Positions 27,559-40,366 of a stretch of 64,000 nucleotides of DNA are shown piece by piece. The notes beneath the pieces were generated by a model. That model was not told where the DNA came from. It searched no databases and saw nothing but the letters and a program-made list of their open reading frames with translations. Both the position numbers and the translations under genes were made by a program. Numbering within the stretch: the first letter of the stretch is position 1; each line of letters starts with the position of its first letter. The DNA lies in NCBI RefSeq assembly GCF_009914755.1, contig NC_060947.1. One strand, given 5' to 3'. This DNA comes from the human T2T-CHM13v2.0 reference genome, Homo sapiens.

Positions 27559-29264
27559 GCTCTTGGGATCTTCAGGTTTATCCCTGTGTGGTAAGATTAA
27601 GTTTTCTTTGATCATGGTCAGATTAGTCATATCTGTGAGATTCAGGCATCAGATGTGAGAAAAGAAAACAATTCTAGCTAATTAGAAAAAGAGTTATGCT
27701 ACCAAAGGAGAGCAATGGCACCAGAAATGCCATCTAGCACATACCTCAAAGGCTCTGTTTTTTCTCCCCTGGAATACATTTTCTGTTTTGTTCTACTAGG
27801 TGTATTTACCTAATAGTCATAGAGGAATCCAAAAGTATGCCCTGGAGACTGAACAGAAAGGGCGTTTCCTCTGCTCTTTTCTACTATTTCCCTTGACATA
27901 ACCGGTGATGAATCTACCTTTGGGAGTTTCACAGTGGGAGGCAAGCACTACTTAATGGGGACATGGTGCAGAAGCTTCTCTGAACTTAATATTGCCCGAA
28001 CTTCTGAAACTCAGCTTTTAAGACTCAATAGAAATGTGAGTACAAATCCCAAAATAACGTCAGAATTCAGACCACCCTATCTCCCACTGAAACCCTGAAT
28101 CAGGGTGGGTTTCACCAGGAACATAATTGGAGGGAGGAGGGGGATTCAGAACTATTGATCTTAAAGTATCTGTAAGAAAAACAAGAGTTTCTTCCAGGCT
28201 CTGGGGATATGTGGCTGATCGCTTCCATGGCATCAAATTCCTATGGAAATTGGGGGAAAATGTATGTAAAGTTATTCACTTGAAATGTTAGAGAAAAATA
28301 ATGTTCCATCCTTCATAAATGAAAATGACATTCCTGACTCACAAGCAGTAGGATGTGCATTTAGAGTTATTTTTCTTTTCTAGCAGTGATGATGGGTTAG
28401 AGTGAGTCATGGATGTAGCCTCCCCTTCCCCACATGCCGCCCCGTGGTGCCCAAAGACCCATATTTGTGAAATGACTGTCTGGTCTTAGTGGCTGGGCTG
28501 TGATGGGATTTGAGATCAGTCTGCCCTGTGACCTAAATTAGAGGTAACTGTGAGGCCTGAGTTAGCAGCTTAGGTCAATTGGTGTTCTAGGCTGAAGGCT
28601 CAGTCTGTAGCCAGGGAATATAGCCAAGCCATCTTTGTTGCTTTGTTTTGGGTAATGGCAAAGTGTCCCTAAAAGCTTACAGAGAAATCATATTTTAGTA
28701 AATGCAATCCTATTTTAAATCCACTTAGGGAACTGGCTATTCAAAGGAATGTTATTAAGAATGCTTCTGTGATGTGAAATAATGTCTTCATAATTTACCC
28801 TTTTCATCAATCTGTATTGTTAATACACTGCACATGTGTAAGGGCAAGTCCACCTATAGTTGGGGGATCCAGGACATCGTGGCTGCCTAAGGTAGTACTG
28901 ATTATGATTACAGCGTGTAAAGAAAATCAATCAGCATTCAGGGTTATCCCTGGGGGTAACAGCTGCTTTCTAATTGGGGGATTAAACTGCAGTGTCCTCT
29001 TACCATTTTACCTTGTCTTCAGAGACTGCCAGCCAGTATTCAGAACTGACATTAACATTGTTAGATTTGTATCATTCAATCCCAAGTCTCCTTAATTAGT
29101 AATGGAATAAACTTCACTTTCCCTTTTGGCTTATAGGCATGCTCCTTGGTACCTCCAAAGTCAGAGGCACATCAGCCTCCCTTAATCCCTTCCCATCTTC
29201 TCTTTTCTTGAAGTGAGGAGAAGTTAATGTAGACGCAAAAGAGAGGCTTCAGCTCAGGGCTCTA

Positions 29265-29890
29265 TTCATTCTTTCATTCCTTCATTTATTCACTTACCAC
29301 ACCTTTGGACATATACTTTGTATCACCTGTTGAGCTAAGTAGGCACTGGGGGAATAAAACCATGAACAAGGAAAGCATGGCCCCAACGTTCCTAGAGTTT
29401 ACATTCTAGTGGTAGAGGGAGATATTTAACATATGATTTTACAAATAATGGTGACATTACTATTGTGATCAATGCTATGAGGGAGAAATATAGGGTCCTG
29501 ATACAAAGAATAATATGCATGGAGAGGTGACCTAGTTTCTGTGAGTTGGTCTGAAAAGGAAGTCATATTAAAATACAGTAGTCCAGGTAAGAGATGATGG
29601 CTTAAATCAAGCTTGGATGCAGTAAGATGGATTAATTTTAGGTCTTTTTACATAGTAGCATTGATATTTCTTTGTGTACTTTTCTGTATATATATTATAC
29701 ATTAATTAAAAGTTTACTCTAACAAAATAACATAGAATGTTGATGAATTGCATTAGGAGAGAGCATGAGGCACAAGAAGGAATTAAGGATGAATCCCAGG
29801 ATTTGGTTTAACCAACTGCACAGATGATTATGTCTGTTCCTGAGGTGGGAAGACCAAGTAGGTAATTTAGTTGGCAGTGTGGAGAGGGGG
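29265..29890 (-). mobile_element. L2 fragments
   Basis: cattctttcattccttcatttattca...ggcactgggg...agtccaggtaagagatgatgg...aaggatgaatcccagg. Confidence 0.65.
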
Positions 29891-31638
29891 ATATATTTTT
29901 TTCTTTTCCTTTCCTTCTTTTCTTCCCTTTTATCAGATCTAGTGGGTTATGATCCATTTGTGGGATGACAGTTTCAATTCTCATATGGATCAGTAAACTG
30001 TTGACAGACACAGCTGTGGCCCTGAGAGGCAGGGCTCTCACCGTGGCCACAAAACAAGCTCTTAAAAAAAGTCTCACAAATTCTTGCCCTTGGTCTCAAA
30101 AGGGAAGAGAGTGAATAGGTCAATGTACCCTTTACTTGCTCAAAGCCCAGGGTTAGTGATTCCATGTCAGGGATATCTCTTTGCATGTGAAGCATGGGAG
30201 ATCACATTTCAATGGGGACTGTTAGACTCCCTTTGACATGAGTCTCCAGAAAACCTTCCTTAATCGCAGTGCCACTACCCAACAATTTCCATTATCTGAG
30301 GCCTAAAAAAATTGTTTTGTTTCATTTTGCTTTTGTGTGAGACAGATGACAAAAAAAAGAGCTCAGTCAAAAAAACAATTTTCAGAGGATGTCCTGGGGT
30401 CAGAATACATTCAGTCCTACTCTTTCTCTCTCCTCCATCTTCATTTACAGTTCCGGCCAATCAGAATTAATGCTCAAAATGATGGCTGGAGGTTCTAAAA
30501 GATCCTCAATCAGTAAAGAGTGATTCAAGTACATCATTATACTCGATTTACTAAGTAGGGACAGTAGACTCCGATATCTTAACAGAATTTTTAAAAGCAA
30601 AGACAATGGAAAACATCTTTGTTCTTAACCTCCAGTTACCCAGAAAATCTAATCAACCATATCCCCTTTACATCTTTCTTCTGATATTCCCTTAATCAGG
30701 ATTTGTCTCAGTACTAATTCTCTTACATCGTTTTGATCACCAGAAGCTATGCATTAGCATGAAAAGCTGTTTGGTGGACATATAAAGTACCCCCCTCCAG
30801 AGTTCATACCCCCACCCCCAAGATGTTAATAATTACAGAAATATGATAAAATGGAAAGTGTAGCAGCCTAAGTAGGGAGAGAGAGACTAGCTATAGAAGC
30901 TGAAACTGATTACCTTTTCTAAAGTCAATCCAGGAAAACCTCTTGGAAAGAAGGGCAGTGAGGAGGAATCCAAAGAACAGTTGAAAGTTGGATGCTGGAA
31001 GGGGGAAAAGTACGGCTAGACAAGGAGAGTGATGATCTGGCTGTACCAGTCAGGTACCCAGTGATCTCCCTCCCAACCTCCACCTCTATTCATTAAAACA
31101 AAAGATAAGTAACAAATACATAACACTCAAGTATGCTCTTGGATCTTTATCCTCCCCAAAGTGCAAATGGCTGCTATCAGGGGCAATTGTTTAATAATAA
31201 AGATCAGGGGTAGCTGGTAAATACAGAAGATCATCTTGATAGCCCAAGTCTCACTATTTAGTTCAACTCTTGGTCCAAATATGTATTGCCCTGTTTCTGA
31301 AAGTGCTGAGAGAAATTAAGCTGGCGAGCAGGCAAACTACCCAGAGATAGAGACTGAAAGGGCAGAGAAGAGAAGACACCTTTGACTGGTACTATACTAG
31401 CGCTCCTAAAAAAGAGGAAGTTGATTTTGTTGGTCAACTCTCTCTAAAAGTAGTGCTTTTCTTGAATAATTCAATTTTGTGCCATGCAGCAGGAAAATTT
31501 GGTGGAAAGTTTCTTTTTTTCCTGTGAAAACAACTTGTGGAAGATAATAGACAGCTCACTTTTTAAAGGAATTGTACATTAATGCAAGAAGCCCCCTGGT
31601 GTCCAGGGGAATGATTCTGTTATTTGTGTTTTTGCACC

Positions 31639-31767
31639 TTGAGACCTGGAGACAGGCATTATTGAGACCTGGAGACAGGCATTTCTGAGATGCCTCAGAC
31701 AAATATTATTGAGACCCAGAAATAGACCGGAAGATAGGCATTATTGAGACTTGGTGACAGATATTTC
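31639..31767. repeat. Degenerate ~23-bp minisatellite (tgagacctggagacaggcattat)
   Basis: Two near-perfect units plus about three decayed units. Confidence 0.8.
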
Positions 31768-32659
31768 TAATTCAACTATATTCTTTTGTGCCAAATACAT
31801 TTTTTCCTGTTCTGTTCCATTTGTCAACACGACAGACAATGAAACAGGCCAGGAAATATTTTGAGCCAAATGATTTGTGATGTGTCATTATGTGACATAC
31901 CTAGCCTAAATGTGAAGAATGACAACAATTATCCAGGTAAGTTGTGCAAAGAATAACGAACTCATACTTTTGGTCCCAACTTTCAAGATATTTCACATAA
32001 AAATTTTGGGAGTCTAAATAACCTAGATAAACACCTAAAGTTTGTCATTTAACCTACAAATATAGACCAATTATGGCTGTTATGTTATAGCAAAACATCT
32101 GAAATTGATGGAATTCAAAGAACATTCAGTCAATAGAAATTCTAGAAAAAAAACCACTTGGCCTTTACAATGCCTCATACTCAGCTTGAATGAGTTTACT
32201 TTCTAATCAGTTATATTTTTCTAATCGGCTTCTTCTGTTCATCTTGCTCTCTGGGGAAAAAATTGCATTTGCTAGATTTTCTATGCCTGCTCCATTCCCT
32301 TATAGCTAGGAGAACTGGAACATCCTGATCTATCATTCTAATACTTACTTGCTCATACCCTCATGGTGCTAGCCCTCTGAATAGTGGGGACATTTATTTG
32401 CTTGCATCCTTCACTCTTTGTCCTGGTGTTGGATGATAGAAAAAAACCTGAGTACCTCTCCTACTTGCTGCTCTCTAATCTCTACCCCATAGCATTCACG
32501 GGCTTTATCTATCACCACTCATCATTTCTTTTTGAAGCTCCCTGCTCCTATACTCCCATTCTCTGATGATGACAAATTTTACAGTTGTTAGCAAGCTGCC
32601 ATAGTCATAGGAACATGGTAACTTCGGTCTGTACTAGAGAATTTATCATATCATGGGGA

Positions 32660-32910
32660 AGTAGTATATTGTAGTAGTTAAGAGCATAGGCTTTCATGTC
32701 AGACAGTCCTGAGTTCAAGTTCTGACTCTGCCATGTACCATGTGACTCTGGACAAGGAACTAAACCTCTTGGTGTTTCAATTCTCTCAGTTGTAACATGC
32801 AGAATACTTATGACAACAAAACTACTGCATACCTCATAGTGTTTTATTTAGGATTGAATGAAATAATCTGTAAAAAGTGTTGGCAAGGTGCCAGCACTCC
32901 ATAAGTGCTC
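32660..32910 (+). mobile_element. MIR SINE
   Basis: gtagtagttaagagcataggcttt..gtcagacag.cctgagttcaagttctgactctgcca. Confidence 0.8.
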
Positions 32911-34899
32911 AATCTCATTCTCATTTTGCAATGTGGCGCGTATGTATACCATTACTTTTAAGTTGTTTCTTGTGTCGTCGCCCTCAAAAAATTGTAAGTG
33001 CCTCAAAAGCTAAGTGCAATCTCACAATTTTTCTATTGTTTTCCCCTGATTTTCTCCACATGTCTAACACAAGAGGTGAATGCCCAGTAGGAGCTTAGTA
33101 AATGTTTATTGGTATCACCTTTTCCCCATCCCAGCTAAAATCTGCAAGCTCTATTTTGGTCACTACTGACAGAAATCCAGAGAGATTTTTCTTACCTCTC
33201 ATTGTCCTTTTCTTCCCTAGAAGGACTGGCCACCATGTCCTCATGATCTGGCTGCTTCGTTCATCCTGACAGAGAGTCAGGACCCACCTTCCAGAGCATT
33301 CTCAGTCTAGCTGCTTCTCTAACTGCCCAACTTAATATCCTGCCTTAACTTCCTCCCATTAGGGAGTCAGGTCCTGCCTCTTTGCTCAATATGTTTTTCT
33401 CATGAAAATCAATTTCCCTGAAGCCTGTTTCCCAAGGGTAATATTTCCCCCTCCCCTGGGAAAGTCAAACAAAACAGTTGAGTATACAAGAGCATCCAGA
33501 CTGTCCTGTGCCAACAAATTTCTCACCAAACCCCGAGTTCTGAAGTTTGTGGGTTCAGAGGAGCAAATTACTACTCTGAAAGCCAAACTTCTCTGCCATG
33601 GTAATGAACAGGGCCAACCCTCAGCAACACTGGGGTATTGGGAAAGATTTTTCTGCAGCTACATTTCCTCTCGCTTTAGCACATTGCACCTTAGCTAATA
33701 CTCATTTCATACTGTCTCTGAACCCTTTTGCCATCTCTCCACCTCTAGGTCAGTACTCCTAGGAGTTCCTTTCAAAATATTATTTCCTCTTTAAAAATAC
33801 ACATTGCAGTTAAATACACATTGATTTTTAAGGAACTCACTTAATATAAAACCGAATATAGGCCTGTGGTGGAAATTTTGCATATAGTAGGCACTGAATA
33901 GTTGCTGACTAAACAAAATAAAGATCTAGAAATATAATTAGTTCCTCCTGAGTATGTTCAGTAATGAATCAATAGCAAACAGAAAGTGTTTTCAAACTTA
34001 CACCTACTCACCCTCAGCTCAATACTCCTAGGAGGCCCCTTCAAAATCTCAGCCTACAATCAGGCTTTGATTTGTAGTTGTTTCTTGAACCCATAATGAA
34101 TTTGGGATTTTTTGAATGAGGAGGTACAGAGCCTCATTACTGAACTAGCTATGATGGAAGAGTTTACTGAACAAATTCATGTTGTAAACAAGAATGCAAG
34201 GTGTCATACTTAACCTCCCTAAGAGAACTGAACACACCTCGTATAAACCAATGTTGCTGATTACAAATTACTTATGTCTGTTCCATAAAGCAAATACCTC
34301 AGTTCTTTGATAACATTTTAAAGCTGTTAATTTAAATTACTGAATACACTCAAGAGGAAAATAATTGCATTTTAGATTCCCAACATATTATTCAGTCAGA
34401 AAATATTTACTGAATGTCTACTACATGGATAATATCTCGCTATGGATATATCTTGAATTATATAATAAGTGTGCTCTTTAAAAAGTATATACCTTTAAAC
34501 TTTTGTAAAACTGCTTCAATTTCAAATGCATTAGAGGTGATTTCCAATAAAAGACGTCCTGTAGGAAATTGTGAAAGAGTGAGGAATGTTTTATAACCAC
34601 TTCTCTGATTCCTATGGCTCTGTTTTATAAATTTAAATTTTTAAGATTTTCTCAAAGCGAGTCATCCCTGTAATTTAAATTGGCCTTTATCCCAATTACT
34701 TTAATTTGGTAATGTGGAACTCTGGATTTCAGATAGCATCAGGGAAACATACACCTCTACACCTCTAAAATCTCTTTGGTAAGACAAATTCAGAAAGCAC
34801 GCTTCCTTTTTGTCTAGTACAGTATGACCTTTTTCTCTAAGGAAGGTCTTAGAAGCAAAAGCTGGCTTCATTCTTCTTAGAATGCATCCTTAGGGAGTT

Positions 34900-35970
34900 C
34901 ACTAGATGTATTTTTAGGGCCTTTCCCATATATATGTTTCTTAGGGTAAAAGCGAGGGATTTCAATCTGGGGGGGTGATCACACGGTAGAAAAGACAGGC
35001 TGTAGGGTTCCCAGTGATGCTTCCCCCACAAAAGACCCAATTCAGAGGTGACTGAGCAGGTAGAGAAAGCAATAGGACTTCCATTGATGTGGGGGATCAC
35101 AGAATGAGGATAGCAGTGTGGATATTTGATACCAGAGACTATAGCAAAGGGCTCACATCCACTGTGCAAGTGCTAAGAAAAAGGGACTCCTCTGGAGAAC
35201 AGGTATTGATTTAAACAGGAGTAGTAGTGGAGTGGAGTGGAGAGAGCACATTCTTTAAAGTCGGAAAGAACTCATGAAATCACAACTTGGCCTCTTATAG
35301 TTGGATGACCTTGGGCAAAATTGCTTAAGTTCAGTGGACTTCAGCTACCACATTTGTAAAATGGGAACAATACCTACCTCATTGGGTTGTTGTGTGGTTT
35401 CAATGCAAGTGCCTTGTGTGCAAAGTGCCTGCTAAAATAGATGCTCAATAAATATTAGTTCCCTCTCTCCTCTCCTCTTTCATTTTTTTTTATGAAAGAA
35501 AATGATGATCGCTTCATTTACTGCAGAGAATGGCAGCTGGAATGCCAGCGTGATGTTGTGATTAGGATACAGGAACTGAGAATCAAGACTTCTTGCCAAG
35601 TGACATGTAAAATTCAAAGTTCATAGAAGCCTTATTTACTAGGCTATACATTTCTTGGGGGCAAAGGGCTGAGTCTATCTCATTTCTCTCTGTATTCACA
35701 CAGTTCGCTGAATGGTAGAAAATCCAGAGGACACCAATCAAGCTTACAGGTGATCTCACATGGGGATATCTCTGCACTTAGCAGAACTTATTTAGGAGAA
35801 GCCAAGGAAAGAAACTTTGAAAATTGGATCACTAGTTCTCAAAGTTTAGTTGTACACTAAAAGCAAAGTTCAGGCTAGACAATCTTCAAGAGCTAAAGAA
35901 TGTTATTGATAGAGAGTGGTGATTGGTATCTGAGCAGGCTAGTAAGTGCCATTACATAAAGGAGTCTAAT
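34900..35970 (-). pseudogene. Highly decayed olfactory receptor relic interrupted by a MIR
   Basis: Minus-strand motifs in OR order: KVSFLG, MNFEFYMSLGKKS*FS, ITLAFQLPFS..NE, [MIR], PFAIVS, AFSTCS, LFYRVITP, FTLRNIYMGKALK. The 5' third is much weaker. Confidence 0.75.
35225..35462 (+). mobile_element. MIR SINE inside the OR relic
   Basis: tgaccttgggcaaa...catttgtaaaatgggaacaatacctacctcattgggttgttgtg...gctcaataaatattagtt. Confidence 0.85.
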
Positions 35971-36394
35971 TTCCTGCTCTGTATTTTTATCACAGGTTCC
36001 AGATGGAGAATTGGATCATAAGTTTAATGAACCCCTCTCATAAGAATTTGTAGTAGATAGGAGGGTGGTTTTCATCAAAGCTTAAGTGGTAAGGACAAAG
36101 GGACAAGATCTGAGGTTGTCATAGGAACCTCTTTCCCCTCAAGGGCCATCAGCAGGATTAAATAATGATCATGGTTCACACTGGCAAGACTAACGACCAG
36201 GCAGTCGGGTGAGGAACAAGATGGCAAAGAAAATGAGTGGGAGTAGGAGATGGGGGAAGAAAGAAAGGAAAGAAAATGGTGTTAATGCTACGACTAGCAC
36301 TTTTAATCACTCAATAGTCATGCTTTATCAATCTCAGAACCCTCTATATTTTCTCTTTTTACCACTTAGGCATGTAGCCTCCAGTCAGGCAATG

Positions 36395-38200
36395 GCTATT
36401 TACTAAGTGCCTATTCCATACCACGTACTGTGATAGGTGCTGTGGTGATATAGACATGATCAGAACATGGTTAGACTGCAAAGGAGCTTTAGGTCTGGCA
36501 CAGAAGGTGATCGCTTTATGCCAGGGTGGGATGAAAAATGCCAAGAGAGGGGTTCAAGCAAAGTGCTAGAATTAGAAGTAGAGAAGGCTTCCTTGAGAAG
36601 GTAACACTTGAGGTGTTCCTTGAAGGGTGCAAAGGACTTCAGTAGGTGTGATTGGAAGAAGATATTCAAGGCAGAAAGAATGACTAAGCAAAGAGATGGA
36701 AGAGTAGGATAAAATGATAGTAAACTTCTTTTTCTGTTTTCTGTGCACCAGGCACGGTGGCGAGCACTCTAGATGCAATACCTCATTTCATCCTTATAAT
36801 AAACCTATGAGGTTAATAATATTCCATTATTATCCCTATTTTATAGATGAGGAAACTGAGGCCAGAGAGGCTGTATAAATTTCCAATGTTGCACAATTAT
36901 AAAGTGGCAGAGCCAGGTTTTTAACTCAAGCCTATCTGAGCCCAAAGCCTATGCATACAATTAACCAATACACTAATTGCGAATCAGGTTATGGAAAGGA
37001 GTGAAAGCATAGTGTGTCTACAGCACAGAGCCCATGGAAAGGAGGAAAGGGAGAGGAGAATAGAAATGTAGCTGCAGCCAAACTGTGGGGCCTCTTTCCT
37101 GGCAGCCTAAGGGGTGGGGCTGGATCTTTTAAACAATGGGAAATCATAGGAAGTTTTAAAGTAGTGGAGTGACAGTAAGAGTGGTGCTTTAGGAAGATTA
37201 ATCTGTCAGCAGTGCAGAGGATGGATGGGAGAGCAGAGTGATTGGAGGCAGTTAAGAGGCTATTACAATACAATAGTCCAAGCGTAAGGTAGGGTACACC
37301 CTTTTCTTGAGCTAAGAAATCCAAAGTGGTGAACAGACAGAGGAGAGACATTGTGAAGGAAAAAGAAAAAGAAGTCCATGACTAACTAGATGGGGAGAGG
37401 GGAGTGGTGGTGAGGGATTGGTAGGGATAAAAATTAAATAAGGAAACTGAGGTTTGGAGCCTTTCTGACTAGAAGAATAGTGATGCCAGTCACAAAGTTG
37501 AGGGATGGCTACCCTGGAGAGAAGTTTCAACTTAAGAATGAAACTGGGATAAATCTCTAAAGGTGATCTTTGCAATAATAGAAATGAATGGGATCCGCTT
37601 GAGAAGAGAACAGTCAAGGGCAAAAGCTTGGGGGATGCCTCCACCGAGGAGGTATGGCTAGGAGGGATAGTTAGTAATGGGGATAGGCAAAAGAGGTCAT
37701 GGGGTAAGGCGAAGAAACAGGAAATCATGAGAAAGAGGTTTCTAGAAGGTTGAGTGATGAACAATGTTAATATAGTAGAGGGGTCAGAGAGAAAGAAGGA
37801 TGCAAAGATACTGTTGAATTTGGTAATTAGAAGATCTTTCCTGAATTACCAGGAGCAGTTTCAGGATAGAGCCAGATTTCAGGGAGTGAAGAAGGAAAAG
37901 AGTAGGGGTGACAAATTGGAGACAGTGACTCTAAAAAATTCTCAGGAGAATTTTTGTGGTGAAATTAAGGAGCAAAACAGATACTTAAAGTGTGCTCAAG
38001 TATTGAAAGATGATCTCAGGGTAAGGATGACCTTAGCACAGCTAAAGGAAAATGTTTGTTAACTAACATTTGTTAGTGAAGATGTCGAGATTAAAGACGT
38101 GTGGTGAGGTCAGAGGTGACTGTGGCTGGAACAAGATTCTGCTGAAGGCGAGAAGGGATAGGGTCATGTGCCAGGTGGAATGTTTGTTTTGGCAAGTATG
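36395..38200 (-). mobile_element. Long L2 fragment with nested MIR (about 36740-36950)
   Basis: L2 text (tttaggaagattaatctgtcagcagtg, gcagttaagaggctattacaata); MIR core ttatagatgaggaaactgaggccagagagg. Confidence 0.75.
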
Positions 38201-38544
38201 GTGGTGGTATCGTCCTTGGAAAATACAAAGAGACAAAAGAGGCCAACTAAAGATACAGAAATATTTGGAGATGGAGAGAGGGCATTAAACTAGAAGCATT
38301 CTGCATTTTCAAAGAAGTTTGTGCACCGTGCACTGGCTGGTCTTGGTGTTACCAGTAGATTATCTGTAGAATGGAAGGCAAGTGGACATGGGACTGAGAA
38401 CTTCAAGAGTGTGTGTCTCCCTCAATTGATACAGTACCTGGCACACAAAAGGTGTTCAATAAGTATTATTTGGAATACATAAACAAACAAGATCTACAAA
38501 AGTCACTAAGAGACACAAACTACGATGTCATAGAAAGTGAATTT

Positions 38545-38815
38545 AAAAATTGCAGAACAACATTCACTGGAATGGTTAAGATGAGAAAGAAATGATACCA
38601 TAGTTGGCGAAGACGTGCCACAAGTGGAATGTCTGTACACTGCTAGTGAGAGAGTAAATGGATACAGCCACTTTGAAAAACTTTGGCAAGCCTTATCTAC
38701 TAAAGCTAAACATATGCATGCTTCATGATCTAGCAATTCCACTCCTAGATATATATCCAAGATGAATGAGTGTTTTGGTTCACCAAAAGACATGAGCAAG
38801 AATGTCCATACCAGG
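38545..38815 (+). mobile_element. Old L1M (MC/ME-like) ORF2 3' fragment
   Basis: gtaaatggatacagccactttgaaaa...tgatctagcaattccactcctag.tatatatcca. Confidence 0.75.
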
Positions 38816-40316
38816 ACATAGAAATTAATGCATCATAAAGTTTAAATGGCCTGCTTGAGTCCACTCAGGTTATAAATGGTAAGTCTGATACTTGAACTCT
38901 GGGCTTTCTTGCCACAAGTTTTTATTCAAATACCTCCAAAGGCTACTGGATACTGTTTATATAGTCAGAACTTTACATACGTTGTTGCTAATCTGCCCAG
39001 TCTTGCAGTATGTATATTATTGCTCTCATTTTACAGATTAATAAACTGAGGGCCAGAGAATGCTTACTCAAAGTCACTTGCCCCAAATGGTGGGTATATA
39101 TATTTCTTGAGAACTGAGATGTGAACTTAGTTTTACCTGGCTCCAAAAGCTATGCTTTTTCTCTCCCATCAAGGAGTGGAGGCTTTTCTTATGTTTTGGC
39201 AAGTTGCAAGAAGGAAGTATGGTGGGCTGAGGTAGTTGAAATCATAAGAAGAGTTCAGTGAAAGAATCCTGTCTTGCCTGTCTTCGCTGCCAGTAAAACC
39301 AAAGCCACAGCCAGGTAATGTCCTCCCCCAGTTTTCCTCTGTGACCCACTCACATTATTGTTAAGGGCCTGGGAGACAAGGATGACTCTAGGCATAGTGA
39401 TGAAGTAGTAAACACTCATCTTCTTTGTCATTCATCTCACCTATTGTAGGCAACCTATTAACACGTATATTTAACAGACACATGCATACACACATTTGCA
39501 TGTACACATGCACACACCTGTAAAGCTATTTCCTTAACAATCTAACTTTTCTAACTCCAGAAGAATTATTAAATACTCAAAGAAGTGTTTATTTTTGAGG
39601 TGACTTAAGCTATCCATTGCAGGAATACAGATCAAGAACACTCCCCATTCACTTGGGTTCCTGTTCTAATTCCCTTCTCACAGCGGGTGTTCTGAGATGT
39701 GTGGCAATTATCTCAGGCTCTAGGTTTTCCTCATGCTAAGAGTATCAGAACACCCCTAATTCCTCCACATCCTAATATTTTCTTCCTAAAGAGCCCCCTG
39801 CCTGACCTTGAATCATTCATCTTTAATAAAAGCAATCCTGAGGTAAGAGATCCTAGCCAAGGTGGACTGAGCCCTAAAAGACAAGTTTTGAGGTCGCCAA
39901 GTTGGGTGTAGAAGCTCTGACCTTTGCCAGGTCTTTCCTTACTCCCAAACAAGAACCTTGCAGTACAAGCCCAATTGCTCTCTCTGTCCCTTCCCTCCCT
40001 GAAGTCAGGTGTCTCAGGCTCAGAATATGAGAATTAGTTGTCATGGTAACCTGTGACTGTGCCTGATAGCCTCTTCTCTTCTCTCAGCCAGTTCTAGGAC
40101 CTGGACATCTGTTCTCAGTTCACCTCTTCTAATGTTCCTAAATCTAAGCCCAGGACTATATGCCAAGTTACACAGTTTCTGTGTGAGGTGGTGAAGAGGC
40201 CTTCCCCTGCATCCAAGGCAAGAGAAACAAGAAAGAGAGAATGGAGTAATAGGAAACAGTGCTTTAAAGAAGCTATCAGGGAACAGGGAGGCCAGGGCTA
40301 CTAATTAAAGTTAATA

Positions 40317-40366
40317 TATACACCTACTATGTACCCACAAAAATTAAAAATTAAACAATTCTTTAA
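40317..40366 (+). mobile_element. L1MA-type 3'-terminal stub
   Basis: atatacacctactatgtacccacaaaaattaaaaattaaa flanked by aaagttaat on both sides. Confidence 0.7.

Noticed and set aside
27072-27586. hAT-type element with CAGGG terminal inverted repeats that captured an OR fragment
   Set aside because: Homology extends outside the CAGGG ends and inward into OR-like codons, and there is no 8-bp TSD; paralogous OR 5' ends fit better
29940-30420. Minus-strand OR-like words (TECIL, CDLP, TVIP..NPL)
   Set aside because: Too short and scattered to separate from chance without an HMM
31639-31767. CRISPR-like repeat array
   Set aside because: No unique spacers, eukaryotic context, no cas genes
36989-38288. 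Several 70-150-aa ORFs
   Set aside because: They lie in decayed L2 with strong strand bias; not genes
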